Assembly: GCA_963614595.1 (NCBI GenBank)
Contig: CAVECL010000006.1
Coordinates: 120 to 64,119, forward strand
DNA length: 64,000 bases
Direction: 5' to 3'
DNA from: Parasutterella excrementihominis
GTDB lineage: Bacteria; Bacillota_I; Bacilli_A; RFN20; CAG-826
Position numbers and translations under genes: made by a program. Under the pieces are notes generated by a model that saw only the letters and a list, made by a program, of their open reading frames with translations, made no database searches and was not told the DNA's origin. This document shows positions 1-8,188 of the stretch, in pieces. The stretch's first letter is position 1. The number at the start of each line of letters is the position of its first letter.

Positions 1-257
1 TTGCCCCTTCGCTGAGCGAAAGATAAACGCCGGAGAAAAATCCCAACAGGTTCAAGCCGCGATTTGCTAAATTGCGCCTCTGCCTTCAACTCGGGCCGCT
101 TGGCTTGTTCGCCCGCGAACGATCCGAATGCTTTGGCATTCTCACGTTCGCTCTCTTTCAACTGCAACGATGCAAGCCTATGTTGTTGGGTCTTCTTTTT
201 GCAAGAGAGGCGTTAAAAACCCTGCAAAACCTTGTTAAACGATATATCCTTATAAGC

Positions 258-848
258 ATGCAAAAAACCATTATTCTAGCAACCAGCAATCAAGGCAAAG
301 TGAATGAGTTCGTAGATCTTCTCGGTCCCATCGGATACAAAGTGATTTCTTTAAAAGAGGCAGGCATAATCTCCAACCCCATTGAGAACGGGAAAACCTA
401 CAAAGAGAACAGTTACATCAAGGCGCATGATGCCTCATTGCAGACGGAGCTGCCCGTTCTCGCGGATGATTCGGGCATTGAAATCGAAGCAATGGGCAAC
501 AAGCCCGGCATCCATACGGCAAGATACGCGAAGGAACATGGCGGCTTCCCCGCCGTTTTCGATGTCGTCTTTGCCAATCTAAAAGGCCAAGAAAATCGGA
601 AGGCCTCATTCCATTGCTGCTTATGCCTGATCCCGGGAAAGGGCGAAGAGCCATTGTTTTTTGAAGGCGTCTGTCCCGGAGAAATCCTTTTCGAAGCCAA
701 AGGGACAAGCGGGTTCGGCTATGACCCGATATTCCACAGCGATGAGGCAAATGAGGATTTCGGCACGGCAAGCGAAGAAATAAAAAACAAATATTCCCAT
801 CGCGGGAAAGCGTCGCAAAAGCTCAAAAAATATCTGCTTACCAAGTGA
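258..848 (+). CDS. rdgB: Non-canonical purine NTP pyrophosphatase (RdgB/HAM1 family)
   Basis: ORF 72..848 trimmed to the ATG at 258 (MQKTIILATSNQGKVNEF...). HAM1 hallmarks are present: ATSN.GK, DDSGIE, GFGYDPIF and a C-terminal SHRG. Ends in a TGA stop. Confidence 0.9.
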   Translation: MQKTIILATSNQGKVNEFVDLLGPIGYKVISLKEAGIISNPIENGKTYKENSYIKAHDASLQTELPVLADDSGIEIEAMGNKPGIHTARYAKEHGGFPAVFDVVFANLKGQENRKASFHCCLCLIPGKGEEPLFFEGVCPGEILFEAKGTSGFGYDPIFHSDEANEDFGTASEEIKNKYSHRGKASQKLKKYLLTK

Positions 849-1521
849 GGCAAAGGCCGATGACGATAAGCGCCTGCGCCAAAACGTAGGTGCCCATGAT
901 AAAGAAGTCTCTTCTTTTGACGTCTTTAACGAAGGACGTTTTGAGCAAGAAACAATCCGATATGATGAAACTCACCCCGCCTAAAGCGCAAAGGAAGAGG
1001 AACTCAAGCTTTCCGAAGAAGCATCCGACCACCGCGAAAAGAAAGTCCAAAACGAGCACTCCAAAATATATGGTGGCCCCGAAAGCCATATGGGGTTCTT
1101 TGACGGCTTTGTGGATGAGGTGAAATCCCAAAAAGCAGAAAAGGATATAAAACACCGCAAAACCCACGTAAACCTCCCATGGAAAAGAGCAAATCAAGCA
1201 ATATCCCGCTATATAGAAGATGTGCCCAACGAAAAAAGACAACGTTCCGAAGACCATCGGATAGACCTTGTGTTTCTTGAGCAAGAGAAAGTCGCCAAGC
1301 ACCCCAAAAGCGGCGCCAACGTAAATCGGCCAAGCATCGCTTTTCCAGCAGGCGGCCATTGCCACCAAAAAACCCACGCAGAAGCATTTCGTGATTTTTC
1401 TGCCGAGCTCATTTTCGACGAAGGCAAAATAGAGTTCTATCGCCGTCGCAAGGATCGATAAGCCAAAGAAAACGCAAGCAGTCACCGGGGTGGTGGAGAA
1501 AATCGAGTTACCCATAAGCAT
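838..1521 (-). CDS. Polytopic membrane protein, YhhN/lysoplasmalogenase-like (tentative)
   Basis: 227-aa ORF with about 7-8 hydrophobic helices. GVLGDFLLL and the later helices resemble the YhhN/TMEM86 family. The family call comes from motif memory only. Confidence 0.55.
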   Translation of the reverse strand: MLMGNSIFSTTPVTACVFFGLSILATAIELYFAFVENELGRKITKCFCVGFLVAMAACWKSDAWPIYVGAAFGVLGDFLLLKKHKVYPMVFGTLSFFVGHIFYIAGYCLICSFPWEVYVGFAVFYILFCFLGFHLIHKAVKEPHMAFGATIYFGVLVLDFLFAVVGCFFGKLEFLFLCALGGVSFIISDCFLLKTSFVKDVKRRDFFIMGTYVLAQALIVIGLCLTW

Positions 1522-1592
1522 GCTAATGATAGCGATTTTCGCTTCTATCTTCCACCGCGCTTCGTATAATCATTAAAACGAGGCAGATAAGC

Positions 1593-2942
1593 ATGGATGT
1601 CAACAAGAAACTCGGCGCAAAAAAATGGCTTGCTTTCATTTTGGTGGGGCTTGCAGGGCAATTAGCCTGGGCAATCGAGAACAATTACATCAATCTCTGG
1701 GTCTATTCTCAATCGGGTCGCGCGGATTTCATCAATTGGATGACCGTGGCTAGCGCAATCGTCGCCACCGTGACGACGTTCTTAATGGGCGCTTTGTCCG
1801 ACCGTCTTGGCAAAAGAAGGATCTTCATCGCAGGGGGCTACACCGTTTGGGGTTTCTTCGTCTTCGCTTTCGCCCTTGCTTCTCTTCAAAACGGAATGAG
1901 CATATGCGGAGAAGGGGCGAATGCTCTCCTTTGGGTCGGCATCATGAACGTAACCATCGACTGCGTGATGACCTTCTTAGGATCCACGGGGAATGATGCC
2001 TGCTTCAACGCGATGATCACCGAGCAAACCAATGAGAAGAACCGCCCGTTCGTCGAGACCGTTCTCTCCGTTTTGCCTCTCGTCGCTTTGATCATGATGA
2101 TGGGGATCGGAATGATCTTCGGGGTACCCGGCGCCAAACTAGACGCCGAAACAATGGCCGAATATGCGTCTCGCGTCTCCGTCCCATGGCTCTACTTTTT
2201 CCTTATCTGCGGCATCATCACCACTTTAGTCGGAATGGCTAGCTTCTTCATTCTCCCGAAAGACAAGGCCATCAAAGATCAAAGAAGCGGTTATTTCAAA
2301 AACCTTGCATATGGTTTTTTGCCAAGTTCCATCAAAAAGCACGGACGTTTCTACATCGCGCTCCTCGCCTTCCTTTTCTTCAATATCGCCGTCGATTCCT
2401 TCATGCCTTACTACATGGTTTACTTCCAAAGCTTTGAAGAGGTGAATTTCTATCTTGCGATGGGAATCATCGTAGCCGTGGCGGTAATAGGCTCCATCGC
2501 CGTCGGGGCTTCCCTTGATAAGATTGGGCATTTGAAAGTCCTGATCCCCGCGATTCTGATCATGGCCGGCGGCGCTCTTTTGCTCTTCCTAAACCAAGCT
2601 CCTTGGGGGCTGATTCTCGGTGGCTGCCTTTTGATGCTCGGGTATCTCATAGGCACCGCGGTTCTAGGCGCGGAGATCCGCGACCAAACCCCGGAGGAAA
2701 AAGCGGGGTCCTTGCAAGGCGTGCGCATGGTCTTCGCGGTTATGCTCCCCATGATCATCGGGAGCAACATCTCTTTGGCGGCCTTTCAGCAACCCGGTTT
2801 AGACGCTTACGGGCAGGAAACGAAAACGCCAGATCGTTGGATGTTCCTGGTGACCTGCATTTCTTGCTTGCTGACGATCGCCCCGTCCATTTGGCTTATC
2901 CTTGCGAACAAGAAAGCCAAAGAAAAGCCAAGTCAGGATTGA
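1593..2942 (+). CDS. MFS transporter
   Basis: 449 aa with a 12-helix-like profile. The MFS loop 2-3 signature GALSDRLGKRR is present. GAGG lies 9 nt upstream of the ATG. Confidence 0.85.
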   Translation: MDVNKKLGAKKWLAFILVGLAGQLAWAIENNYINLWVYSQSGRADFINWMTVASAIVATVTTFLMGALSDRLGKRRIFIAGGYTVWGFFVFAFALASLQNGMSICGEGANALLWVGIMNVTIDCVMTFLGSTGNDACFNAMITEQTNEKNRPFVETVLSVLPLVALIMMMGIGMIFGVPGAKLDAETMAEYASRVSVPWLYFFLICGIITTLVGMASFFILPKDKAIKDQRSGYFKNLAYGFLPSSIKKHGRFYIALLAFLFFNIAVDSFMPYYMVYFQSFEEVNFYLAMGIIVAVAVIGSIAVGASLDKIGHLKVLIPAILIMAGGALLLFLNQAPWGLILGGCLLMLGYLIGTAVLGAEIRDQTPEEKAGSLQGVRMVFAVMLPMIIGSNISLAAFQQPGLDAYGQETKTPDRWMFLVTCISCLLTIAPSIWLILANKKAKEKPSQD

Positions 2943-4744
2943 TATTCGACAATCGCGTATCCTTCTCCGATTTTGTTCCATTCAGAGGAGTGTTCAACGT
3001 TGTTTTTAAAATAGTCTTCGGTCATATTCACGGAGATCTTGTTTCCGGCCTGGCCTAGTTTGGTGCAGCCATAGAAGGCGCGCGAGCCGATCGAAGTGAG
3101 AGTTGAAGGGATGATGAAACCAGACAAGGAGTAAAGCTGAGAGAAAGCAAAGGAGTCGGCTTTCTGAAGGCCGGGAAGCCTCAATGTCTCCAAGGCCCTG
3201 TTTCCTCGGAAGGCGTTAGAGGTGACGTATTTTACGGAGTCAGGGAAGATTGCTTTAGAAAGAGAAGAGGAATAGTCATCTGCGCCGTCGCTGAATTTCT
3301 TAATGCCCACGAGCTCGAAAGCGCCGGGAAGAGAGGCAAGGCTCATATCGTCTTCGCCGAGTTCCGTATCGCTTCGCGAAGAAGGGGAGGAAAACTTTGT
3401 CAAAAGGTACCCGCCCCAATCAAGAGAATACTCGTAAGTAAACAGATCGCCTTTTGCCCCAGTTGCATCAATGGATTTTTGGACAACGACAGGATACAAA
3501 GTAAGCCCCTCCCTCACTTCCTTGGAAGGATCGACTATCTTCTCTTTGTTCAAATCGTTTTGCTTTTCGCTCCAAAATCCGGTGAAAACCTCGCCGCTAG
3601 ACAAGGATGCATCATCGATTTCCGACGGAAGGACGTTTTCCAAAGAAGACCCGTAGGAGACCGTTTTCTCATCAATCAAAGACCCGTCGTTGTTTCGGAA
3701 AGCAATGGTGATTTCTTCCGGGGAAGACTCGAAAACCGGGTATAGGGCACAGTCATAAAGGACATGTTTATAGTCAACGGATTTTCCTCTGATTTCACTT
3801 GGAGCGTCTTCTGCATATGCGCCTTCCCAGCCTATAAAAGAATAGACTTTGTGATCGGAGGTATAGTCAGGAAGCGTCTTCTTTACAATCGACCCATAAG
3901 CGACTTTCTCGTTTTCGCTTGCGGCAAGCAGTTCATTGCTACCTGCGTCTTTAGGGCTCTTATAGAAAGAAACCGTGTAAGTTTCAACGCTCGGGCCATC
4001 AAAGACCGCGGAAAGTTTCAAATCGTTCTTGATCTCGATATCGAAGAGTTCATCGATGCTATAAGTCTTCCCATCCCCGTCTTTGTAGCCAGCAAAGGCG
4101 TAAACCTGATAATAGTACTTTGGGAGAGTGTAATCCGACGAATCTAAAGCAAGGGCTTCTTTGGCGCTTTCTGCAGAGCCGTATTTCTCGACCAAGGCAT
4201 CCCCCAATTTGGTTCCGTGCTCAAGCGGTTCACTCGCTTTGTAAATTTCGTTATCGCCGTTTTGTATGGCGACGCTATAGGTATTGATTGTGTCGGAAAA
4301 ATGAGCAAAAACAGCGCAATTCCCCTTTATATCCTTCAAATCGACAGGCGTTTCTATTAAATCTTCCGCATTCTTTTCAAAAGAGGCGCCCCCTTCCGAG
4401 TCCGCCATCTTAAGGCTTTCTTCATCGTAATACCCCACCCAAGAATCCCAAGTGTAAGTATGGCCTTCCTTTGTTTGGCGGCTATTCTCGTAATCGATCG
4501 CTTTCCCGTCTTTTTTCACAAAGCTAGTTAACCGCGCGGTTTGGTTTGCTCTTCCTTTTACTACATATCCCTCGCCAATTTTAGAGGCTTTGCTCTTATC
4601 AAGTTTCCCGGGAGCGTATTCAATGCCGTCGTAATCCGTGTAAAACTCAATCGTATAAACGTCCGCGTCAGCCATCGTTTTGCAAGATACCAAGGCAGAA
4701 GAGAGAACAAGGAGTCCAAGTGTTGCGCGGATTTTGCGGTTCAT
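2933..4744 (-). CDS. Surface lipoprotein with F.GW-type repeat modules and a C-terminal BspA-type leucine-rich repeat
   Basis: Signal peptide plus lipobox (LSSALVSC). Recurring modules end in FAGYKDG / FIGWEG / FTGFWSE, like the Listeria-Bacteroides repeat. The C-terminus carries LRR units (AFRGNRALETLRLP, FAFSQLYSLSGFIIP, IGSRAFYGCTKL). Confidence 0.75.
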   Translation of the reverse strand: MNRKIRATLGLLVLSSALVSCKTMADADVYTIEFYTDYDGIEYAPGKLDKSKASKIGEGYVVKGRANQTARLTSFVKKDGKAIDYENSRQTKEGHTYTWDSWVGYYDEESLKMADSEGGASFEKNAEDLIETPVDLKDIKGNCAVFAHFSDTINTYSVAIQNGDNEIYKASEPLEHGTKLGDALVEKYGSAESAKEALALDSSDYTLPKYYYQVYAFAGYKDGDGKTYSIDELFDIEIKNDLKLSAVFDGPSVETYTVSFYKSPKDAGSNELLAASENEKVAYGSIVKKTLPDYTSDHKVYSFIGWEGAYAEDAPSEIRGKSVDYKHVLYDCALYPVFESSPEEITIAFRNNDGSLIDEKTVSYGSSLENVLPSEIDDASLSSGEVFTGFWSEKQNDLNKEKIVDPSKEVREGLTLYPVVVQKSIDATGAKGDLFTYEYSLDWGGYLLTKFSSPSSRSDTELGEDDMSLASLPGAFELVGIKKFSDGADDYSSSLSKAIFPDSVKYVTSNAFRGNRALETLRLPGLQKADSFAFSQLYSLSGFIIPSTLTSIGSRAFYGCTKLGQAGNKISVNMTEDYFKNNVEHSSEWNKIGEGYAIVEYQS

Positions 4745-4841
4745 AAGGCAATTATCCTATCAAACTCTCTTCTAAGGAAGAGAAATGCGCCTTGTTCCTT
4801 TTTTATATGTAGCGTATATTACTCCGCGGTAGGTATTTTTT

Positions 4842-5300
4842 ATGAACCGTAAAGTTAATGTATTGCTTGGCTTAGGCGTTGCCCTTATGGCGGCCGTCGC
4901 CGTATTCGTCCTCTTCTCATACGCTTTTAACGACACGCAGGACTTAGGATACAACGGGGCCAGCGTTTTCACCGCTATGTTCGGGAACAAAAATCGCAAT
5001 TTGGGCGCTGTTCCAGGCTTGATTGCAGCTTTCTCCTTCGAACTTGTCGCCTTCGTCTTGGGCATCACCGCCGGAATCTTCAAAGGCAAGCTCAGCGCTT
5101 TGCTTTTCGGCATCACCTTTGCTTTCTTGCTCGCTGCCGGCATCCTCTTCTTGAACGGGGTTAACCTTTACAACGGGGTCAACGCCTATCACGGAATGGA
5201 CACGATTTCCCTTGGCAGCGGTTCGATTTGCACCGTGGTATTCGCCTTCGTTGGCGCCTTGCTTAGCCTCTACGGAGCCTATAGCAATTGGAAAGCCTAA
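4842..5300 (+). CDS. Small integral membrane protein (4 TM), unknown function
   Basis: 152-aa ORF with four hydrophobic helices, followed by an intrinsic terminator. Confidence 0.6.
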   Translation: MNRKVNVLLGLGVALMAAVAVFVLFSYAFNDTQDLGYNGASVFTAMFGNKNRNLGAVPGLIAAFSFELVAFVLGITAGIFKGKLSALLFGITFAFLLAAGILFLNGVNLYNGVNAYHGMDTISLGSGSICTVVFAFVGALLSLYGAYSNWKA

Positions 5301-5319
5301 TCGAACGCATTGAAACTTT

Positions 5320-5342
5320 GGCCCTCCCAAGAGGGCCTTTTC
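5320..5342 (+). terminator. Rho-independent terminator of the 4842..5300 gene
   Basis: GGCCCTC-ccaa-GAGGGCC hairpin followed by TTTT. Confidence 0.7.
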
Positions 5343-5346
5343 ATTT

Positions 5347-5369
5347 GAAAAGCCCGGCCGAAGCCGGGC
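5347..5369 (-). terminator. Rho-independent terminator of the CarD-like gene
   Basis: On the minus strand, GCCCGGC-ttcg-GCCGGGC followed by TTTT, 20 nt after the stop at 5389. Confidence 0.7.
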
Positions 5370-5388
5370 GAAGATTTACGTTTGAGGT

Positions 5389-5877
5389 TTAGGCGAGATG
5401 ATCCAGGATGAACTTAGGAACGTCATCGTAATTGATGTCCAAGGCCAAGGAGAGAGCCCCGTAAATTAAAGGCTGGGCGCGCCCAACGAACTGGGAATCC
5501 ATAGAATTGAGATGCCCATCCTTCTTCTTCCTCTGCATCGCCCCTTCTAATAGAGGCGCAAGATCGGCGATAGTTCCGTTCTTAAGGACTTCTTCATAAG
5601 TCATTTTGCGCTTTTTGGAATCGGTGATATACCAATCTTTATTCGGGGATGGCCAGTGGCTCACCATCTCGATGGCGTCTTCTTTGGTGATGGGCTTCTG
5701 CAAAGAGGAGGAAAAATTCACAGGAACGCGAACGATATTGCCTTTGTCGTCTCCAAAAAGAGGAGACAAAACATAATATAAAGAACCGGATTCGTCGCCC
5801 GGAAGCGGAGCGATCGCCTGAATCAGACAAACGCCACAATGCCGATGAAAAACGTACTCGCTAACTTGAAACGTCAT
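5389..5877 (-). CDS. CarD/CdnL/YdeB-family RNA-polymerase-binding regulator (tentative)
   Basis: 162 aa. The N-terminus FQVSEYVFHRHCGVCLIQAI...YYVL...VRVPV fits the CarD_CdnL_TRCF N-domain pattern. AAGGAG SD lies upstream. Confidence 0.6.
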   Translation of the reverse strand: MTFQVSEYVFHRHCGVCLIQAIAPLPGDESGSLYYVLSPLFGDDKGNIVRVPVNFSSSLQKPITKEDAIEMVSHWPSPNKDWYITDSKKRKMTYEEVLKNGTIADLAPLLEGAMQRKKKDGHLNSMDSQFVGRAQPLIYGALSLALDINYDDVPKFILDHLA

Positions 5878-6051
5878 AGCATTCTCCTTCTAGCGGAGGC
5901 CAATCACAAATTAACGAAAGTTGTTTTTGCCCCAAGCCAAGCAAATTATATCGAAAACGAACCAAAAAAGCAAAAATTCCCGTAAATTTGCGCTGAATTT
6001 ACGAAAATAAAGGACATTTTTGTAGAAACCGGCTTTGAAAATATGATTTCC

Positions 6052-6726
6052 TTAGGAAATAAAGTTTTTTACCTTCTCTTCAATCGCGTCCGCTAAGACG
6101 TCTACACCAGTGTCTTTTTTTGCCGAAACAGGAAAGAATTTCGCGTTGGGATTAAGCTTAAGAATATGGCTTTCAGCAAGATCCACATCAAAATCGAATA
6201 CAGCCTTCGCGTCCATCTTCGTAAAAGCGAAAAAATCACCCACTTTAAACATCAAGGGATACTTAAGAGGCTTGTCGTCTCCTTCAGGAATTGAAAGCAG
6301 GATGAGTTTCAAGGCTGCTCCGGTATCGAATTCCGCAGGGCAAACAAGATTCCCGATGTTCTCAAGGAAAATAATATCCAGCCCATCTTCGCCGATTGCT
6401 TGAACGCCCTCTGAAACCATTTTTGCATCGAGGTGGCATTCGCCCGAAGTATGAAGCTGAATTGTCCTAACGCCAGTAAGTTTGCCAACGGTCTCAGCGT
6501 CCACCACCGCATCCATGTCCGCCTCCATCACGCCAATTCGATAGCCTTTATCCTTCAATTTATTAATAAGGTTAACGAGCAATGTGGTTTTGCCAGAGCC
6601 GGGAGAAGACATGACGTTGATCAAGAAGACTTTCTTTTCCTTAAGTTCAGCTCTAAGCAGTTCAGCCCTGCTATCGTTGTTGGCAAGAACGGACTGCTTT
6701 ACTTTGATAACGCGTATTTCTGACAT
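6052..6726 (-). CDS. hypB: Hydrogenase/urease nickel-incorporation GTPase HypB
   Basis: Walker A SSPGSGKTTLL and the diagnostic ENIGNLVCPAEFDTG motif. 224 aa. Confidence 0.9.
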   Translation of the reverse strand: MSEIRVIKVKQSVLANNDSRAELLRAELKEKKVFLINVMSSPGSGKTTLLVNLINKLKDKGYRIGVMEADMDAVVDAETVGKLTGVRTIQLHTSGECHLDAKMVSEGVQAIGEDGLDIIFLENIGNLVCPAEFDTGAALKLILLSIPEGDDKPLKYPLMFKVGDFFAFTKMDAKAVFDFDVDLAESHILKLNPNAKFFPVSAKKDTGVDVLADAIEEKVKNFIS

Positions 6727-7057
6727 GGATATTCCCTCTCTTAATGCCCGTATATATTAAAGGAAATAACAAAAGACGAACCAAGAAATTCATTTTAAGT
6801 TCAAGACAAGTCAAAAGCCAATTAAAAAAAGAAGAGGGAGGTGTATGTATTTTTAAAACTTGATTTCATAATCATTTTGGATAAATTGACGATGTCAAAA
6901 TTCTCTTATGCCATAGTTCATTTCATTTTAATTCAGACAACGGCGAAACTTTTCCGATTCTCCAAATCGTAGAATCGCTTTTCTACGCACGCGATACGCA
7001 CACTAGAGTGCGTTTGACAAAGGTTTGCATAAAATCCCATCGTCGAGATTTGCGGCC

Positions 7058-8170
7058 ATGTTATTCGAAAAGTTCAGAAAAAAGAAAAACGAGAAAAAAG
7101 GGGATTCTCCTGATACGCAAAATGCGGAAGCGCAAGAAAGAAGCGTAAAGGGAGAGGCATGCGTGAACTCCGGGGAGCAAAGTGCCCAAACAGAAGAGGC
7201 AAAAACCAGCCCTGACGCAAAAAAGGAAAAGGCTCCGATAAGCAAGGGGCTCATCGTCACATCCTCAATCATTGGAGTCCTGGCGGTCGCCCTAGGGGTA
7301 GTCGCCGGATTCCTGGCTCACAGTTTCTTCAACACCGCCGGAGGCGATTACTCAAACGTCGACGCGAACGCTCTAACAGACGACATCGCAAAGACGCGAA
7401 AGAAATACGAGCAAGCCAAAAAAGCAGGAACCCCCCTAGAAGAAGCCCTGAAACCATGCGAGATGGTAAACATATCGCTTGACCTCTTCTCCTCCTTGGA
7501 ATCAACAAAAACAGTCGGGCTTGGCTCGGCTTACTCAATGGGCGTCAACCAGATCATCCAGTCTATCCAAATCAAGTGTGGCGATAAGTACTTCGAGGAA
7601 TCGAATTCCACATCGGCCTTCGTGAAACTCTATGACAGGATGTACCAAGAAGAGGAAACCACAAAAACCTATTGGGGCAAAAGCATCGACTACTCTTCAC
7701 ACGAAGAAAAAACCTACACGAACGAGGAATACGCTGAGCTCATGGGACGCAAGGTGAGCGACCCTATGATCTACATAATCTCAACGAAAACCTCGATCAC
7801 AGACGAAAGCAAAGTTAAATCAGGGAGAGGCGCCTCAAGGATTGTCAAAGAGAAGAACGGCTACACGGTTGACCTCGAGCTTCAAAGGACGAAGTCCGTC
7901 GTGAACTATGTGAAGCAGATGAAAAACATCTCCGGTCTCACCGGATACCCAACCTTCGAATATTGCCATTTGACCTTCCACCTAGACGAAAGCCTAATGC
8001 CGCTCGATTACACCTCCTACGAGAAATACCAAGCGACAAAGAAAGAAGTTGGAATATCCACCACGATCGAAGGGAATCTGACCACTTACTTCTATCACGG
8101 GGAAACTTACGAAATACCAACCCTAGAAACCGAAACCCAATCCGAATATCAAAACTTAAGCGCCAATTGA
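7058..8170 (+). CDS. Single-pass membrane protein, unknown family (first gene of the giant-paralog module)
   Basis: ORF 7025..8170 trimmed to the ATG at 7058. The start is uncertain because there is no clear SD. Lys/Glu-rich N-terminal head, one TM helix (GLIVTSSIIGVLAVALGVVAGFLAHSFF), and a ~270-aa ectodomain with no recognisable motif. Confidence 0.7.
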   Translation: MLFEKFRKKKNEKKGDSPDTQNAEAQERSVKGEACVNSGEQSAQTEEAKTSPDAKKEKAPISKGLIVTSSIIGVLAVALGVVAGFLAHSFFNTAGGDYSNVDANALTDDIAKTRKKYEQAKKAGTPLEEALKPCEMVNISLDLFSSLESTKTVGLGSAYSMGVNQIIQSIQIKCGDKYFEESNSTSAFVKLYDRMYQEEETTKTYWGKSIDYSSHEEKTYTNEEYAELMGRKVSDPMIYIISTKTSITDESKVKSGRGASRIVKEKNGYTVDLELQRTKSVVNYVKQMKNISGLTGYPTFEYCHLTFHLDESLMPLDYTSYEKYQATKKEVGISTTIEGNLTTYFYHGETYEIPTLETETQSEYQNLSAN

Positions 8171-8188
8171 ATCTGAAAGGAAACGATT

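Noticed and set aside
1-168. A minus-strand open frame running off the left edge (..QLKESERENAKAFGSFAGEQAKRPELKAEAQFSKSRLEPVGIFLRR..).
   Set aside because: Only TTG starts are available, there is no SD, it is truncated by the window edge, and no motif is recognisable. It cannot be supported.
72-257. A 62-codon N-terminal extension of the rdgB ORF, starting at a TTG.
   Set aside because: RdgB homology starts at MQKTIILATSNQGK (ATG 258). The extension has no SD and its sequence is not protein-like.
6052-6726. hypB as a marker of a hydrogenase maturation cluster in this window.
   Set aside because: No hydrogenase structural genes or hypCDEF genes are adjacent. Only the isolated gene is reported.
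6990-7018. The ACGCAC-actaga-GTGCGT hairpin followed by TTGACA upstream of the giant-protein module, considered as a promoter/operator.
   Set aside because: No acceptable -10 box lies at 16-18 nt from the TTGACA, so a promoter call is too weak.
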